From Protoeuglena noctilucae (taxonomy: Eukaryota), in assembly GCA_958009085.1 (NCBI GenBank), contig OY253674.1:744001-808000 (forward strand): a stretch of DNA of 64,000 nucleotides, given 5' to 3'. Position numbers and translations under genes: made by a program. This document shows positions 36,901 through 50,768 of the stretch, piece by piece; positions within the stretch are counted from its first letter, which is position 1; every line of letters begins with the position of its first letter. A model generated the notes under the pieces. That model was not told where the DNA came from. It searched no databases and saw only the letters and a program-made list of their open reading frames with translations.

Positions 36901-39900
36901 CAAGTTGCGCCAGTCGGACTCGAGCTTGATGACCTGGCCGGCCAGCGACTGCGAGAGAGAAGGCATTTGCATAGCTAAGAGAGCCGCAATGTCAGCTGCA
37001 GAGGTGGGGCGACAGGTGAAGGGATTGGGGCATATACGCACCTCGCGCTCCCTCGCTGCCGTCTCCACGGCCGCCTTGGCCGCGGATCGCGCCTCCTCGG
37101 CCTCCCGCAGCGCCGCGTCGCGCTCCCGGGCCAACGCCCGCGCCACGTCCTCAGCAGCCGCCAGTTGGTCCGCCGTGCGTGACGCGCGCTCGCGCTCCTG
37201 TGCCGCACGCCGCTGCTCGTCGGCGATGCGCGCCTGCATCGACTCCACCTCCGAAGCCACCGCCTGCGGGTAACAGGGAGCCAAAAGCGTGGCCGTCTGC
37301 CTCACGCATCTCCCTGATATGTGCAGGATGAGCGCTCCAGCAACGCTCAATGTCAGACGGGCATGGGCAGCCCCACCTCCAGCTCCGCGCTCAGGAGCGC
37401 CGCGTGCCGCTCGGCGCCCGCGCGCGATGCAGCCGCCTGTCGCGCCTCGGCCTCTGCCGCCGCCTGGGCTCGCTCGGCGCTCTCCAGTCGCTGCTCAACC
37501 GTCCCTTTCTCGGCCGTCACCCGCGCGAGTCGATCCTCTAAGGATGCGACGGTCGTGCGCAACGCCGCCTGTGCCTCCGCAGCTGCTGCCTCCTGCTCCC
37601 GCAGACGCCGTGACAGGGCCCCCACCTCCTCGGTCGCAGGGCCGGCGCGAGCTGCCGCGCGGCTCAGCTCGGCCTCGAGGCTCTGCACCTGGCGCTCCAT
37701 CTCAAGGACCAGGCGCCGTGCGTCGTCCGCCGATCGCGTCGCCTGCGCAGCCTCCCGTTCCTGGGCCATGGCCCGCTCCTGCGCACTCTGCAGCTCCCTG
37801 CGCAGCCGCTCCTCTGCCGCCGCCATCCCCGCGCTCTGCGCCTCGGCCTCCGCCACCGCAGCTGACGCTCGCGCCTCCGCGGCCAGACCCCGCGCTTCGG
37901 CCGCCGCTGCTGCCGCACGCAGACGCTCTGCCTCCTCTCTCGCCCCGTCTAGCGCCGCCTGCAGCTCCTGCGCCCTCTGCGCTGCAGACTGCATCTGCAG
38001 TTATAAAACCAGGTGCATGCTCAGGGAATGAACATTCACCCAGCACTGCCTATGGGGGCGCCATGACCGCAGTGCTCCACTAAAGACTCCGCAGCGCCCA
38101 CAGCACGCACCTTTGCATCCAGAGCGGCGCGCTCAGCTGCCCTCTCCCGCTCCGCCGCCTCCGCTGCGCCTCGCAGCTGCGACGCCACCGCTTCGGCCTT
38201 CGCCGCAGCCTCGCGCTCCCGGGCCACCTCGCCCCTCAGCCGCTCCGCCTCGCTTTCCAAACGCTTGGCCTCGCTCGCAGCGGCACGCGCCTCCCGCACC
38301 GCTGCGTCGCGCTCCGCCTCTGCCCGCGCCTGGCGCTCGCCGCCACGTGACAGCTGCTCCCGCAGGGTCGCTGCCGTCGCCGCCTCCGCCGCCGCCTGTG
38401 CCCGCGCCGCCTCCGCCTCCCGCGCTGCGCTGGCCGCGCGCTCCCTCGCCTCTCGCTCCCCCGCAGCCGCCCTCGCGGCATCTCGAGACGCCGCGTCCAC
38501 TCGCTGCCGCGCCGCGCCCGCCTCGGCCCACGCCTCCTGCGCCCGCTCCGCCTCCCGGTCCGCCCTGAGCATCGCTGACCTTGCGTCGGCCTCGGCTTGC
38601 TCCGCTCGCCTCTCTGCCGACGCCGCCCTCTGCCCCAGCTCTGCTGCCCGGGCATCCGCGGCGACGACCCTCTGCTCTAACTCTGCTGCGCTCCGCTCCA
38701 GCTCTGCTGCCCTGCCCTCTGCTGCAGCAGCCCTCTCCTCTGCTGCAGCGGCCCTCCGTTCGGCATCCGTGGCCCGAGTCGCCGCCTCCGCCGCCCAGCT
38801 CTCTGCCCGGCCCAAGGCTTCCCTCAGGCGAGCTAGCTCCTCCTGCGTCTGGTCCTCCTCTCTGACGCGCGCCGGGCTGCTTAGCTCCCTCCCAGGTTCG
38901 CCGGCCCTCTCGGTATGGCGGGTCTGCAGTTGCTGAACCTCAGATGCGGCCGCCTCGGCGCGTCGCTTCCAATCGGCGCGCTCTCCCTCCAGCCTCGCCA
39001 CCTGCGCTGCGAGGTCCTCGACCTCATGGGCCCTGGTGGCCAATCGCTTCTCCAGCGTTGCGACTTGCGATGACAGCTCCGCCGCCCGCGCGTTCGCCTG
39101 GGCCCTGGCCTCTGCGCTCTCGCTGGCCTTCCGCGTCACCTGCGGGGGTGCTTATTAGTGCCATCAATTAGATGGGCGTGTGACAGTGAGACTGGAGACA
39201 GAAGCGGGCTCAGTCCAACATACGGACAGCCGCTCGCAGTGTGGTTGGCAATGTACAGCACGCACCTGTTCCAACGCAGACAGCGTTTCCCGCCACCGCT
39301 CCTCGTAGCCGCGCGCCTCCGCCAACGCCACCTCCAGCTCAGCTGCCTGGGTCCGGAGAGCGTTGCTGTCGCGCTCGGCGTCCCGCAGTCGAGCCCTGGC
39401 CGCGTCCTGTTCCTCGACTGCCCTCTCCAAGAGACCCACCACGGCACTGGCCGCCGCAGACAGCGAGGTGGGGTCCCCACCATGGCCCACCGCCCCTGCC
39501 GCCCCCAGCATCGCTAAAGCGGCACTGGCGTCTTCCTCTGCCTTTGCCAGGGACGCCCGCGCCTCCGCAGCCTCTCGCTCGGCTCGCTGTGACGACGCCC
39601 GCGCCTCCGCAGCCTCTCGCTCGGCTCGCTGTAACGACGCCCGCACCTCCGCAGCCTCTTTCTCAACTCCCCTCCCCGCGTCAGCCATCTCAGCCAGGTC
39701 CGCCTGCGCCTGACCCAGGGCGCCCCGCAGCTCCTCTGCCTCCCGCGTCGCCACCCGCAGCGCCTCCTTTGCGTCGCTCGCCTCCCGCTGCCGCTCCGCC
39801 AACGCCTCGCGCAGCGCCTGGATCGACAGCCGCGTGCCCCGCACCACCTCCCTCGCCACACCCACATTGTCATCAACTAGCTCCGCTTCTGTGTCACCCA

Positions 39901-42900
39901 GCCCCGCCCCCTGCACCCCCCTCTCCGTCGCAACGGCAGCGTCGACAACGCCCGCGCCCCTCGCAGCCTGCGACTCCTTCAGCCCCTCGACCTCGTCCAC
40001 CAGTACCCGCACCAGAGCATCAAGCTCGTCCCGTGACTCCCGTGCCGCCCCCAGCTCCTCTTCCAGGGAGGCAACGCGATTCTCCAACTCACGCGCACGA
40101 GCCCGCACCTGCTCCTGGCCCCCCAGCAGCCACAGATCCGACTCCGCAAGCCGCCGCGACAGATCGTCCGCCCTGCTCTCGTCCGCACCGTGGCTCGCGG
40201 CAGGGGCTGGGTCGCCTGCCACCCCGCTGGGCTCCGCAACGGTGCCGATTATCGCCTCATTCGCGACGACCCCAGAGTGGACCGGTGGGGCCTCCGCGGG
40301 CTGCTCGGCCACTGACATGTCAAAGGCGGTGGCGTCTTGCGCCTCCGCAGCGCCATCTGCGGCCGCCTCTGCAGCCCCGCTTCCCCCAGCGCTGCCCGCC
40401 AAAGCCCCCGTCGCGTCGCTGTGGTCCTGGGTACCTGACGCCCCCACGCCAGCACCACTGGCGTCCCCTGACTGCGCCTCCCTCCGCACGGACGTGTGCA
40501 GGTCGAGCAAGCGCTGCGCCGTCGCGTGACGCTCCGCCAGCCGCGCCAACTCCGACTCCCGCCGCTCCAGCGCCGCCCGCGCCTCAGACAGCGCCCGGCC
40601 CCGCTCCTCCTCCTTTGCCCTTGCCTCCGCCAGCGCCGCTGCCTCGCGCGCCATCGCCGCAGCCAGCTCCTCCCGGTCGGCCAGCATCCGTGCCGCCTTG
40701 TCTCGCAGCTCCTCCGCCTCCTCTGCCGCTGCTGCCCTGGCGGACTCCGCCGCAGCCACCCGGGCCTCTAAAGCCGCGCACTGCGCCTCGAGGCTCTCGC
40801 GCTCCTGCGCCAGCTGCGCCACGCGGCCCTCCAGGTCTCGCACGAGGGGCGAGAGGTCCTCTGCCGTCGATGCCTCCGACGAAGGGGCTCGCTGGGCATC
40901 CAGGGCCGCACGGAGCCGGGCCATCTCCACCTGCAAAGCGGAATGTGCTGACAAACTGACTACCCGCAGCCCCGCGTGAGACATGAGACCACATCGCAAG
41001 TCTTGCAGCTGCAGCCGCATCGACCAAGTGCTCGCCTGTCGCACACCCACGCCCCTCACCTGTGCCTTGCTGGCCTGGTCCGCCAGCCTGTCGATCTCCG
41101 CGTCCTTCTCGTCAATCATGTCGTAGAAACGGTCCCGCATTCGCTCCAGTCCCCTTACTTGCACACGAAGGTCCTCCACCTCACGCCGCAGCTCCTCCGC
41201 ACCCTCGCCCGCCGCGCTCCCCTCCTCGCCCGCGTCCTCGCCGTCAGCCCCGGCGTCCAACTCCTCGCCGTTCCCGTCCCCGCCGTCAGCCTCGCCCTGA
41301 CTGGCCGCCTCATCCTCCGCGTCCGGGCTTGCCACGTCCCCACTCCCCGCCACGTCAGCCACCTCGGCCTCAGATCGACGCAGCTCCGATCCCGACTCCA
41401 GCGAGGACCCCTCGCTGTCCGCCTCGCTGGGAGGGTAGTCCAAGGCAGGGCGCACGCTGCGCTCCCCTGTACGCTGACGCGTCAACGCCCCAACCGACGC
41501 CTGCCCATTGACAGCCCCCAAGGCGTCGCCGACTGCTGGCTCCGAGAGATCCTCGCCCAGCATGTCAGGGACACCACCCCTGTCCATCGCAACCGAGCCA
41601 TGGAAGGGCAGGTCTGAGGGACGATGGTCGTCGGCACTGGGGCTGGCATTGGCCACTGCACTCGCTGCCTTGCTCGGTGCGTCCTGGGCCTCCCCACCGG
41701 GGCCACCCTGGGACAGCCTGCTCTCCTCGCCCTCCAGCTCCAGCAGCAGCGAGTCGAGCTGAGAGTGGATGCGGTCAGACGGGGCGTGCATGGAGTGGTC
41801 CAGGCTCGCAGCCCAGGGCGCATCACCCGCATCAGCAGACGAGCCGCGCAGCTGGGGTTCCGCCGCGGTGAGGGACGCGCGATGCTCTGCTTGCTCAGCC
41901 CTGGCCTCGGCCTCAGCAAGCCTGGCCTCGGCATTCTCTGCCCTAGCCTCAGCCTGCTCAGCCTGACTCTCCAACTCAGCCACCCGCGTCTCCGTCTCCG
42001 CAGCCCTGGCCTCGGCATCTGCAGTCCTCAACTCGGCTCGCTCAACGTGACCCCGCAGCTCAGCCACTGTCGACTCCGCCCCCGCAGCCCTCGCCTCCGC
42101 TTGCTCAGCCCGACTCTCCAACTCAGCAAGTCTGGCCGCGACCTGCTCAGCCCCGGTCTCGGCCTCCACAGTCCTGGCCTCGGCCTGTTGAGCTTGGCTC
42201 TTCACCGCAGCAAGCCTGGACTCCGCCCCATCAGCCCTGGCCACCGCCTCAGCCACCCTGGCCTCAGCCTGCTGAGCTCTCAACTCGGCTTGCTCGGCCC
42301 GGCTCTCCAGCTCAGCCACCCGTGCCTCTGCTTGTTTAACCTGGCTCGCCAGCTCAGCCATGCTCGACTCCGCCTCAGCGGCCCTGGCCTCAGCCAGCTC
42401 AGCGCGACTCTCCAGCTCAGCCACCCGTGTCTGAGCTTCCGCAGCTCTCGACTCCGCTTGCTTAGCCTGGCTCTCCACCTCAGCCATGCCCAGCTCCGCT
42501 AGCTGAGCCCTGGCTTCGGCTTGCTCGACGCGGCCATCGAGGTCAGCCGCCCTAGCCTCAGCGTGCGCAGCTCGGCCCTCCAGCTCAGCCAGCCGTGTCT
42601 CCGCTAGCTCAAGCTGACCCTGTAGCTCAGCAACCCTGGCATCAGCCTGCTCCAGCTGACCCTCCAGCTCGGCGACCTGCGTCTCTGCTTGCTCGGCCTG
42701 GCTCTGCAGGTGGGTTACTCTCGACTCGGCCTCAAGAGCACTGGCCTCGGCCTGCTCAGCCCGACCCTCCAGCTCAGCAGCACTGGCCTCAGCGTCAGCA
42801 GCCCTGGCCTCCGCTTGCTCAGCCCGACCCTGCAGCTCGGCTATCCTTGATTCTGCATCAGCAGACCTGGTCTCAGCCTCAACAGCCCTGGCTCCGGCCT

Positions 42901-45900
42901 GCTGAGCTCTCGCCTCCGCTTGCTCAACCCGGCTCTCCAGCTCAGCAGCCCTGGCCTCTGCCAGCAAAGCCCGGCTCTCCAGCTCAGCAGCCCTGGCCTC
43001 GGCTTGCTCTGCGGAAGCGACCGCCCCAACGTCGCTGTCCAAGGCCTCTGCAGCCCCCTCGGCCTCCGCGCCAGGATCCACACCACGAGCTCCGGATACT
43101 GGATGCCCTGCGTCTGCCGCGGCAGCGCTCTCCTCTGCCGCAGCAGCGCGTTCCTCTGCCGCAGCTGCCCTTTCCTCTGCCGCGACAGCCCTCTGCTCCA
43201 GCTCTACTGCGCTGGCCTCTGCTGCTGCTGCTGCCCTCTCCCCTGCGGCAGCTGCCCTTTGCTCCAGCTCCGCCGCCCTCTCCTCTGCCGCAGCTGCCTT
43301 CTCCTCTGCTACAGCAGCCCTCTGCTCCAGCTCTGCTGCCCTGGCCTCCGCGTCGCCCTTCGCCCGCGTGACCGCCTCGAGGCCCGCCCGCGCCGACTGC
43401 AGCTCCTCCCGAGCGCCGTCCCTCTCGACGCAAGCCTCGTCCAGCTGTGCGCGGATTGACTCAGTCTCCGCCGTCAACTCGCTCAACCGTTCCTCCAGAG
43501 CCTCCCCACGCTCGACCGCCCCGTCCCTCTCCTCTCCCACCCTCGCCAGCTCGTCCCGCAGCCCGTCTTCCGTCTCCCGCGCCCTCGCCAGCTCATCCGC
43601 CATGTCGTCCCTCTCCTCCCCCCCCCGCTCCAAGTCGTTCCGGAGCCCATCCGCGCGCGCCTGGGCACTGTCCCTCTCCCCCCTCGCCCTCGCCAGCTCG
43701 TCCCGCGCCACTGCCAACGACGACTGGGCCACCGCCAGGTCCGCCGCCAGCAACTCGCACTCCCGGGTCAGATGCGCGATCCGCGCATCTTCCTCTTGTA
43801 CCTGGGCACCGGCGACCCCACTCTGCGCGGTGGCGTCAGCACTCGCCAACTCGGCCCCCACGCCGCGCCCTTCGCCGTCCGCCGCTTCAAGCCCAGCCCT
43901 GCCCGCCCCGGGAGCCTCCCCCGCAGCACGCGCGGACTCCAACTCCGCCTCCAGCCACTCCGCCCGCTCCCCGCTCTCCTCCGCGCGCCTCTCTGCCTCC
44001 CGCCTCCCCGCCCGTTCCGTTTCCACCGCCGCCGTCGCCTCCGCAAGCGCCGCCCCCACCGCCTCGGCCTCTCGACGCGCCTTGGCCAGCTCCTCCGCCG
44101 CCACCTGCGCCTCGCCCTCCAGCTCCCGCACCCGCGACTCGAGCGCGTCTGCCCTCGCATCCACCCTCGCATCGCCAGCCGACGACTCTGGCCGTGACCC
44201 CGACCCTTCCGCGCCTTGCCCCACGCCCTCGTCTTCTCCCTGGAGCTTCAGCACCTCCACCTCTCCCTCGAGCGCCTGCACCCTGTCCTCGTAGTCCACC
44301 AGCGTCATTTCCAGGACGTCCACGAGACCCTGCAAATGGTCCCGCTCCTGTTCCAACGAGGCCACCGCCTCACGCGCCTCGCGAAGCGCCGCCTCCAGCG
44401 CCGAATGGGACTCCCGCGCCCCGGCAAGCTCGGCCTCCAGCGCCTCGCGGGACTGACGCGCCTCGGCCAGTTGCGCCTCCAAGGTAAGTCGCGACGCCCG
44501 GGCCTCGGCTAGCTCAGCCTCGACCCGGGCCATCGCCTCGCGTGTTTCGGAGGGCTCGGCGTCCAGCGCCGACAGCGAGTCGGAGGAACCAGGGAAATGC
44601 GTCCGCGATGACCCCCCGGACACGCGAGACCCAGCGTGAGACCCAGGCGCAGCAGCCTGAGGCTCCTCAGCCTCGAAGACCGCGGTCCCAGCCACTGCAG
44701 CTTCGGCCCCCGCAGCGTCAGGCACTGCGGTCCCAGCCACGGCAGCCTCAGCCACCGCCCCGTCTGCGCCGTGATCTGCCGTCGACCCCGCGAGGCTCAT
44801 GGCAGCCTCGCCGCTCTCCGGGAGCGCTCCAACGCGCAGCTCTTGCGGTGCCTGCACGGCCTCCAGCGATGACACCGACTCTCGTGCCTGGGCCAGTTCC
44901 GCCTCTGTCGTTGCGAGCGCCTCCCTGGCCATCTGCAACTCTGACTCTAACATTGCTCGCTTCTGTTCGGCCTGAGCGAGCTGAGTCTCCAGTCCTGCTT
45001 GTGTCTCCTCCGCTTGTGCGAGCCGAGACTCCAGCACCGCTTGCTCCTCTCCTGCTTGCGCGATATGAGACTCAAACGACGCTTGCTCTTCTCGTGCTTG
45101 AGCGAGCTGAGACTCCAGTCCTGCTTGCGTCTCCACCGATTGCGCAAGCCGAGACTCGAACGATGCTTGCTCTTCTCGTGCTTGGGCCAGTCGCCCCTCC
45201 AACGAGGCCCGCGCCTCCTCCGAACGTTGGAGCTCCGCCACCAAAGCGTCTCGCTCATCCCTCGCCTGAGCCAGCTCCACCTCAAGCCCCTCTCGCTCAT
45301 CCCTTGCCTGAGCCAGCTCTGCCTCAAGCCCATCTTGCTCATCCCTCGTCTGAGCCAGCTCTGCCTGCAGTGACCCTCGCTCTCCCCGCGCCTGCGCCAG
45401 CTCCCCCACCAGCTCCTCGCGCTCTCCCCGCGCCTGCGCGAGCTCCCCCACCAGCTTCTCTCGCTCCTCTCGCAGGCCACGCAGCTCCTCCTCAACAGTC
45501 GCCTGCCCCTCCCTCGCGCGCTCTGCCTCCTCCTCCAGGCCCCACCGCGCGTCCCTCGCTTCCTCAACCTCCACCTGCAGCGCCGCCAGAGCCTCCCGGG
45601 CCCTCGCTGCCTCCGCACGGTGGCCCTCCACCTCCGAACGTGCTGCGTCGCGGAAACCCTCCGTGGACGCCAGCGCCGCCTGGGCCTCCTCGACCGCCAC
45701 CTCCAGTTCCCCGACCCGCGCAAGCAGCGAGTCGCGCTCTGCGATTACCGACTGCCGCTCGCCCTCCAGCGCCTCGCAGCGCTGCTGCAGCGCCGACAAC
45801 GCGTCGGCCGTGGATTCCGTCCCTGCCTCTACGGCCTCTGCCGTGGATCCGTCCGCGCCGCCCATGCCCTCGCTTCCCGCAACCTCGCTCCCGACGCCCT

Positions 45901-48900
45901 CGTCCCCACCAGCCCCAGCCCCGCTCGCCCCTGCCACCTCTGCGGCCTCGTCCGTCCCCGCAGATGCCACGGGCCCTGCCCCCCTCGCGGCCTCTACCTC
46001 GGCAGTCAGCTCCGCCAGGCGCCTCTCCAGCGCCCGGTTGCGATTCCCGAGGCTCTCTGCCTTCTCCCTCCACAGCGCCACCTCCTCCGCTCCCCGCAGC
46101 ACGTCCTCCGCTGCCACCCGCGCCGCCAACTCGACCTCCTCCTCCAGCGCCCGCGACCGCTCCGCCAGCGCATCGCGCTCCCGGGTCACCGCATCAAGCT
46201 GCCCCCGCAGCTCCGCCTCTTCCGCCTCCAACTCGGCCACGCGCTCCCGCAGGGCCCCAAGCTCAGACGCCGAGGCTTCCTGTTCTTCGTGTTCTTCGAC
46301 TTCGTCCGTCCCTCCGGGCGAGAAGAGCTGGTTCATGGTGACGACGGAGACCCCACGGTCCCCCGCGTCGTCCTGGGCAGAGGCGTCGTCCGATGCCACT
46401 TCTTCAGGGATCTCTCCACTGACGAAAGCGTCAGCCCTTGTAGCCTCGGCCCTCGCGTCGCCTACGCTGCTCCCAGGGCTGTGCTCGCCCTGACCCCGTG
46501 AGGCAGCTCTTTCCAAGCGCATCCGCGCCTCCTCGCGCTCGCCCACCACGGCCTCCAGCTGCGACGCCACCCGCTCCCTCTCCGCGTCGGCTTCTGCCAA
46601 CGCGACCGCCAGGCGCGCCCGCTCCTGCATCGCATGCCCCAGCTGCCCCTGCAGCTCCGCGACCTCCGCCTCCTTCCCACGCACGTCCACCTGAGAGGAG
46701 AGACAACGCGCGAGTGAGCTCATCACTAGTCCACGTGAACAGAACACTGTTAAGACACATGCCTTTGCGGCAGGCAGCCCGTCACAGCTCGCTGCACCCG
46801 CGCCCTCGCGGCCAGGCAGCCTTACCCGCAGCCGCGCCAGCCGCTCTCGGTACCACGCACGCATGACGCCTGGCGCGCCTTCGCTGCTCCGGGGGCTCGA
46901 CGACGCCCGGGAATCCCTCTCAAAAGGCGTCCGATCTGCGCTACCGTGTGTGCCGTCCGCATGGGGGGTCGCTGCGACACCCACACTGCGAGCCGCCGGC
47001 GTCGCGGGCGTCGTCGCCTCAGACGCCGTGGCTTGTCCGTGCCCTTGCGGCTCCATCAACCCCAGCCGGATGGCGGCCTGGGACTCCAAGTCCCGCCTGA
47101 GGCGCTCCTGCACGCAGCCAAACCCACGGCACATCGGCACACAAGCCACCACTGGCGCACCCATCGACGCCCAACCACGTTCGCTGCAGGGCAGCATGCC
47201 ACAAGCGCCTTGCTCATGTCATCGCGCCCCACTGCATCTGATCCTCGCCTGCAAGTGGAAATTCTCCTCCTTCACTTCCTGGATTTCCTGAGCAGCAGCG
47301 TGCAAATCGTCCTCCAAGTGACGCCTCTCCTCGTTCGCCTCAGCCAAAGCGTCCCGGCAGTCCTGAGAGTAAGCGATGCCATGCCATGTGCATGCTGTGG
47401 GTCCAGTCGTGCGCATGGACGCGCTGCCACTAACAGTTGCAGCAACGGCTACGTACAAACAACTGCGGCCACCGCTCCTCACCTGCAGCTCCGCAGCAAG
47501 GCGTGCGGCCTCTGCCTCTGCGGCCTCCAGGGCACTCAGCGCCTCTTCGGCGGCGTCCTGCAGGGCAGCCTCCCTTTGGGTCGCCTCTCGGCGCTCGCCC
47601 TCCGTCGCCGCGCGTGCCGCAGCCTCTCGATCTGCCGCCCCACGCACGAGCTCGGCCGTGCCCACGTCGCCGCGCGTAGCCATTGCCAGGGCCTCAAGCT
47701 GCTCTTGCATGCGCTGCACGACCTCCAACTTGGCCACCAGGTCCTCCTGACACTTGGCAAGCTGCAGGCAGACAGACACACCTTACACAACGTCGTTACA
47801 ACAAGACCTGGCCTTCAGAACACAGAGATACAACAACCGAAGCCCTGCTTTGCGGGCCTTGGCTTGATAAGCGCCCGTTACGCAAAGCCGGCGCCTGAGC
47901 TCTACGAGAGCCGAGCCACGCCAGGCTAGCGCTACGCCGCCGGGATGCTAGGCGGCTGGTAACGCGCCCAGGCAGCTGCGTGGCACCTCAGCGGCCTTGG
48001 CTTGCAGGGCTTTGTCCAGCGTCGCCGTTCGCTCCTCTCCCTCGCGAAGGAGAGCCGTGAGCCGGGCCACCTCCTGCTCCGCCGACGCACGCTCGTCCCC
48101 GCCGAGCCCAGACGGCTCCCACGATGCGCCACCCCGCCTGCGGCCCCTCAGCGGCGGTAACCCGCGGCCCTGAGACCCCGATGCCGCATCGCTGACCCCG
48201 GGGGACTCGGTGTCTACAGAGGGCGATGCCGGACGAAGGCCACCGAAGGACGATGGGCTGGTTGGGGTGTCACCATCACCCCCGGCAGCGCCCGAGGGCC
48301 TCGCTGCCCCCGCGCCAGACGCAGGGGTGTCATGGTCCTCCGGTGGCGTGAGGTCGATTGCCTGCGGGCGCGTCCCTCGCGGACCCTGGCTGTCGTTGAC
48401 GGGGGCGCCTGCTGGGGTCCGGTCCACCGCCCCAGGGAAGGGCGTCGGGGGGCCAGCCCCCGGCATCGTCGGCGTCGGCGCCTCTCGGTCCTCGGCCTCC
48501 GTTGACGGTGACAGGGGCCCGCGCGTGGGCAGCATCGGGGTGGCGGCGTCGATCGCACCATGTTCGGGCAAGTCGGCCCTGGCAGGGCTGCGCGGCTGCG
48601 GAGATGGCGTGGCCGGGTCGCCCGAGCCTGCAGGGTGGCTCTGCGCGTCAGGGAACGGCGTTGGCACGTCGGTCAGGTGGCCATCTCTTCGCGAAAGGAG
48701 GCATCATTACTGCAAGCGCATGCACATCGCACGGGCAGTAGCTCGGCACCTCGGACCACGCCTTCAGGAGGCGCTGCTCGAGATCCGCCACCCGGACCGC
48801 CATGGCATCCCGCTCCCTCAGAGCGTCGGCCAGGCGCGCACGCGTGTCCACCTCTAACCGCTGCGTTACGTCCGCCACGCCGCTCGCGTCCAGCATCGAC

Positions 48901-50390
48901 GAGTCGTCGAGCGTGAAGCTCGTGCCGCTCCGCTCCTCCCGCGCCGTCGCCAATGCGCGCTCGAGCTCCCGCACACGCGCCAGGGCGTGCGCCAGCTCGC
49001 CCTCTCGCGCCTCCAGCTCCCGCTTCACCCGCCGCGAGTGCGACTCCCCGTCTTCCACCTCCTGCTCCAAAGCGAGGTCCATCGCGGCCAGCTCGCGTCG
49101 CGCGTCCTCCAGGGCAGCGACGGCCACGTCCCTGTCCTTCCGTGCCGCCTGGGCCTCGGAGTGCGCGCGGGCCAGCTCATCCTGGAGCCGCTGCGTCTCC
49201 GCCTCCGCCGCGCGGAGCCGCTCCCGCAGCGTCTGGGTGCGCAGGCACCACGCTCGTCGGTTGGTACGGGGAAAGACCGGCATGCATCCGCAGCCACGTT
49301 GGGCTGGGCACCAACCTGGTCATCGCTTCGCTGGCTGCCGGACGAGTCCGTCCCGGCGCGGGGCTGTCGCTGGAGAGCCTGCTCTTCATGCGCCGCCGTG
49401 GCCGCGTCCAAGCGCCTCCGCCACGCGACACGCTCCTCGGCCATCTCCGCTCGCAGCGCCGCCTCCGCCTCCCTCGCCCGATCCTCTGCGGAGACGGGTG
49501 CTTCACTCATATGGCAGCCGAGACGCGCACCGCCGCGAGAGGCTGTACCCACTCCTGCAAGGGCCGTCCTCTCACCTCGCTCCCGGGCCTCCCGCCGCAG
49601 CCGCGCCAAGGTCGCGTCGCGGTCGTCTAGCAGCGCCCTCATGCGCTCAGCGTCCTCCCGCAAGGCGTCGACTTCCGCAGAGCTCGTCCGCGGCCCGGAC
49701 ACAAGGACCTGCAAAGCCTGAATCTGCGCGTGCCCTGCCGCGAGCTCTGCTTCCCGCCTCTCTGCGGACTCCACCAGCTGCTCAATCCGCTCCTGGAGTT
49801 CTGACACCTCGCTCTGCGGTCATTGGGATTCGGTAACGTGCGCAAATTCCCTGATGAGGCGCGGCAACGCCCCAGGCGCGGCAACCCCCGAGGCGTGCAC
49901 AAGGCCCTGGGATTCGCTCATCCTCACCTCGTGGTCACCACGCATTTGCGCCAACGAGAGCTCGAAAGCATCACGTTCCGCCTCGGCGGAGGCGCGTGCC
50001 TCCGTGGCTTCGCGCACGCGGGTCTGGAGTGTTCGGATGTTCTCCTGCAACCGATCCACGGTCGCCTGAAGCTCCAGGTAATCATCTACCTGTCGCTTGA
50101 TGATGCCCTGCGATGAAAACACGGCGCGCTGCGCTTCAGCCCCCACGCCAGCCGGTGAGGACGACGGCAAAACGGAGAAACATAGAGAAGCGCCCATGGC
50201 ACCCCGCGGAAGCCCGGGGCGTCGAGCTCCCACGAGCGTGTCGTTGCTGGCATGCATGATATCGATATGACGCCAGCCACACCTGCATCTGCTGCTCCTG
50301 TAGCGAGGCCGGGCGAGCAGGGCTCCCAAACAGGGCGCCCCGCAGGAAGCCCCGCCTCGGGGGGGTGCCGTCCGGAGGCTGCACTGACAT
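33949..50390 (-). CDS. Giant (~4,700-4,800 aa) Ala/Glu/Arg-rich coiled-coil protein of unknown function, ~18 exons
   Basis: ORFs 50136..50390, 49820.., 49025.., 48648.., 47948.., 47219.., 39164..47197, 38036.., 37353.., 36586.., 35874.., 34568.. and 33949.. can be joined across short introns (for example 50282..50109, 47248..47108, and one starting at ~34625). Heptad repeats dominate. I did not verify every junction, so it could be two genes. Confidence 0.7.
39552..39659. repeat. Near-exact 42-bp tandem repeat (~2.6 copies) inside the coiled-coil gene
   Basis: Unit gacgcccgcgcctccgcagcctctcgctcggctcgctgt(g/a)ac at 39552, 39594 and 39636 (partial); it encodes 'QRAEREAAEARAS'. Confidence 0.9.
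41880..43360. repeat. Degenerate 21/42-bp coding minisatellite (AELESRAEQAEARA-type 14-aa units)
   Basis: Recurrent ccagctcagc / ccctggcctc / gcttgctcagcc words; the translation repeats 'AEQAEARAAELESR'. Confidence 0.8.
44880..45470. repeat. Degenerate 42/84-bp coding tandem repeat (LAQAREEQAxLExx units)
   Basis: The translation repeats 'ELAQARGE/ELAQARDE' and 'LAQAREEQASFES'; the DNA word gcttgctcttctcgtgcttg is duplicated 84 bp apart. Confidence 0.8.
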
Positions 50391-50768
50391 CGAGATACTC
50401 GGCCGCGCTGCTGGTGGAGGGTCCCCGGTCAGGTCTGAGCGACGCGGGCCTCGCTGGCCGCCGCGTTGTCAACGCCACGAAGTTGAAATGAGGGGCATGG
50501 TGAGCGTCACAACACCCCCAACTGCCATCCTGCGCGGAACCGTTTGCGGCGAGGCTGCGTCGCGGAGGGTGGATGGCACCCACCGGGCCGTCCACGTCTT
50601 TCTGACACCCAAAGCGGCCCGATCTCGGCATAACCTTCAGCGAGACCGGTTGCCAGGACCTCAAATTTATCTATATTGAGTGGTTGCCGCGTCAGAGGAC
50701 GGAATTACTACTCGTGTCGATTGGCCCTTGGAGACTTCAAACGTCAGGTCGCCCGCTCTGTCGCGGCC

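Noticed and set aside
41880..45470. CRISPR-like or satellite array
   Set aside because: The repeats are codon-phased, degenerate, lack unique spacers and lie inside a coiled-coil CDS of a eukaryotic gene.
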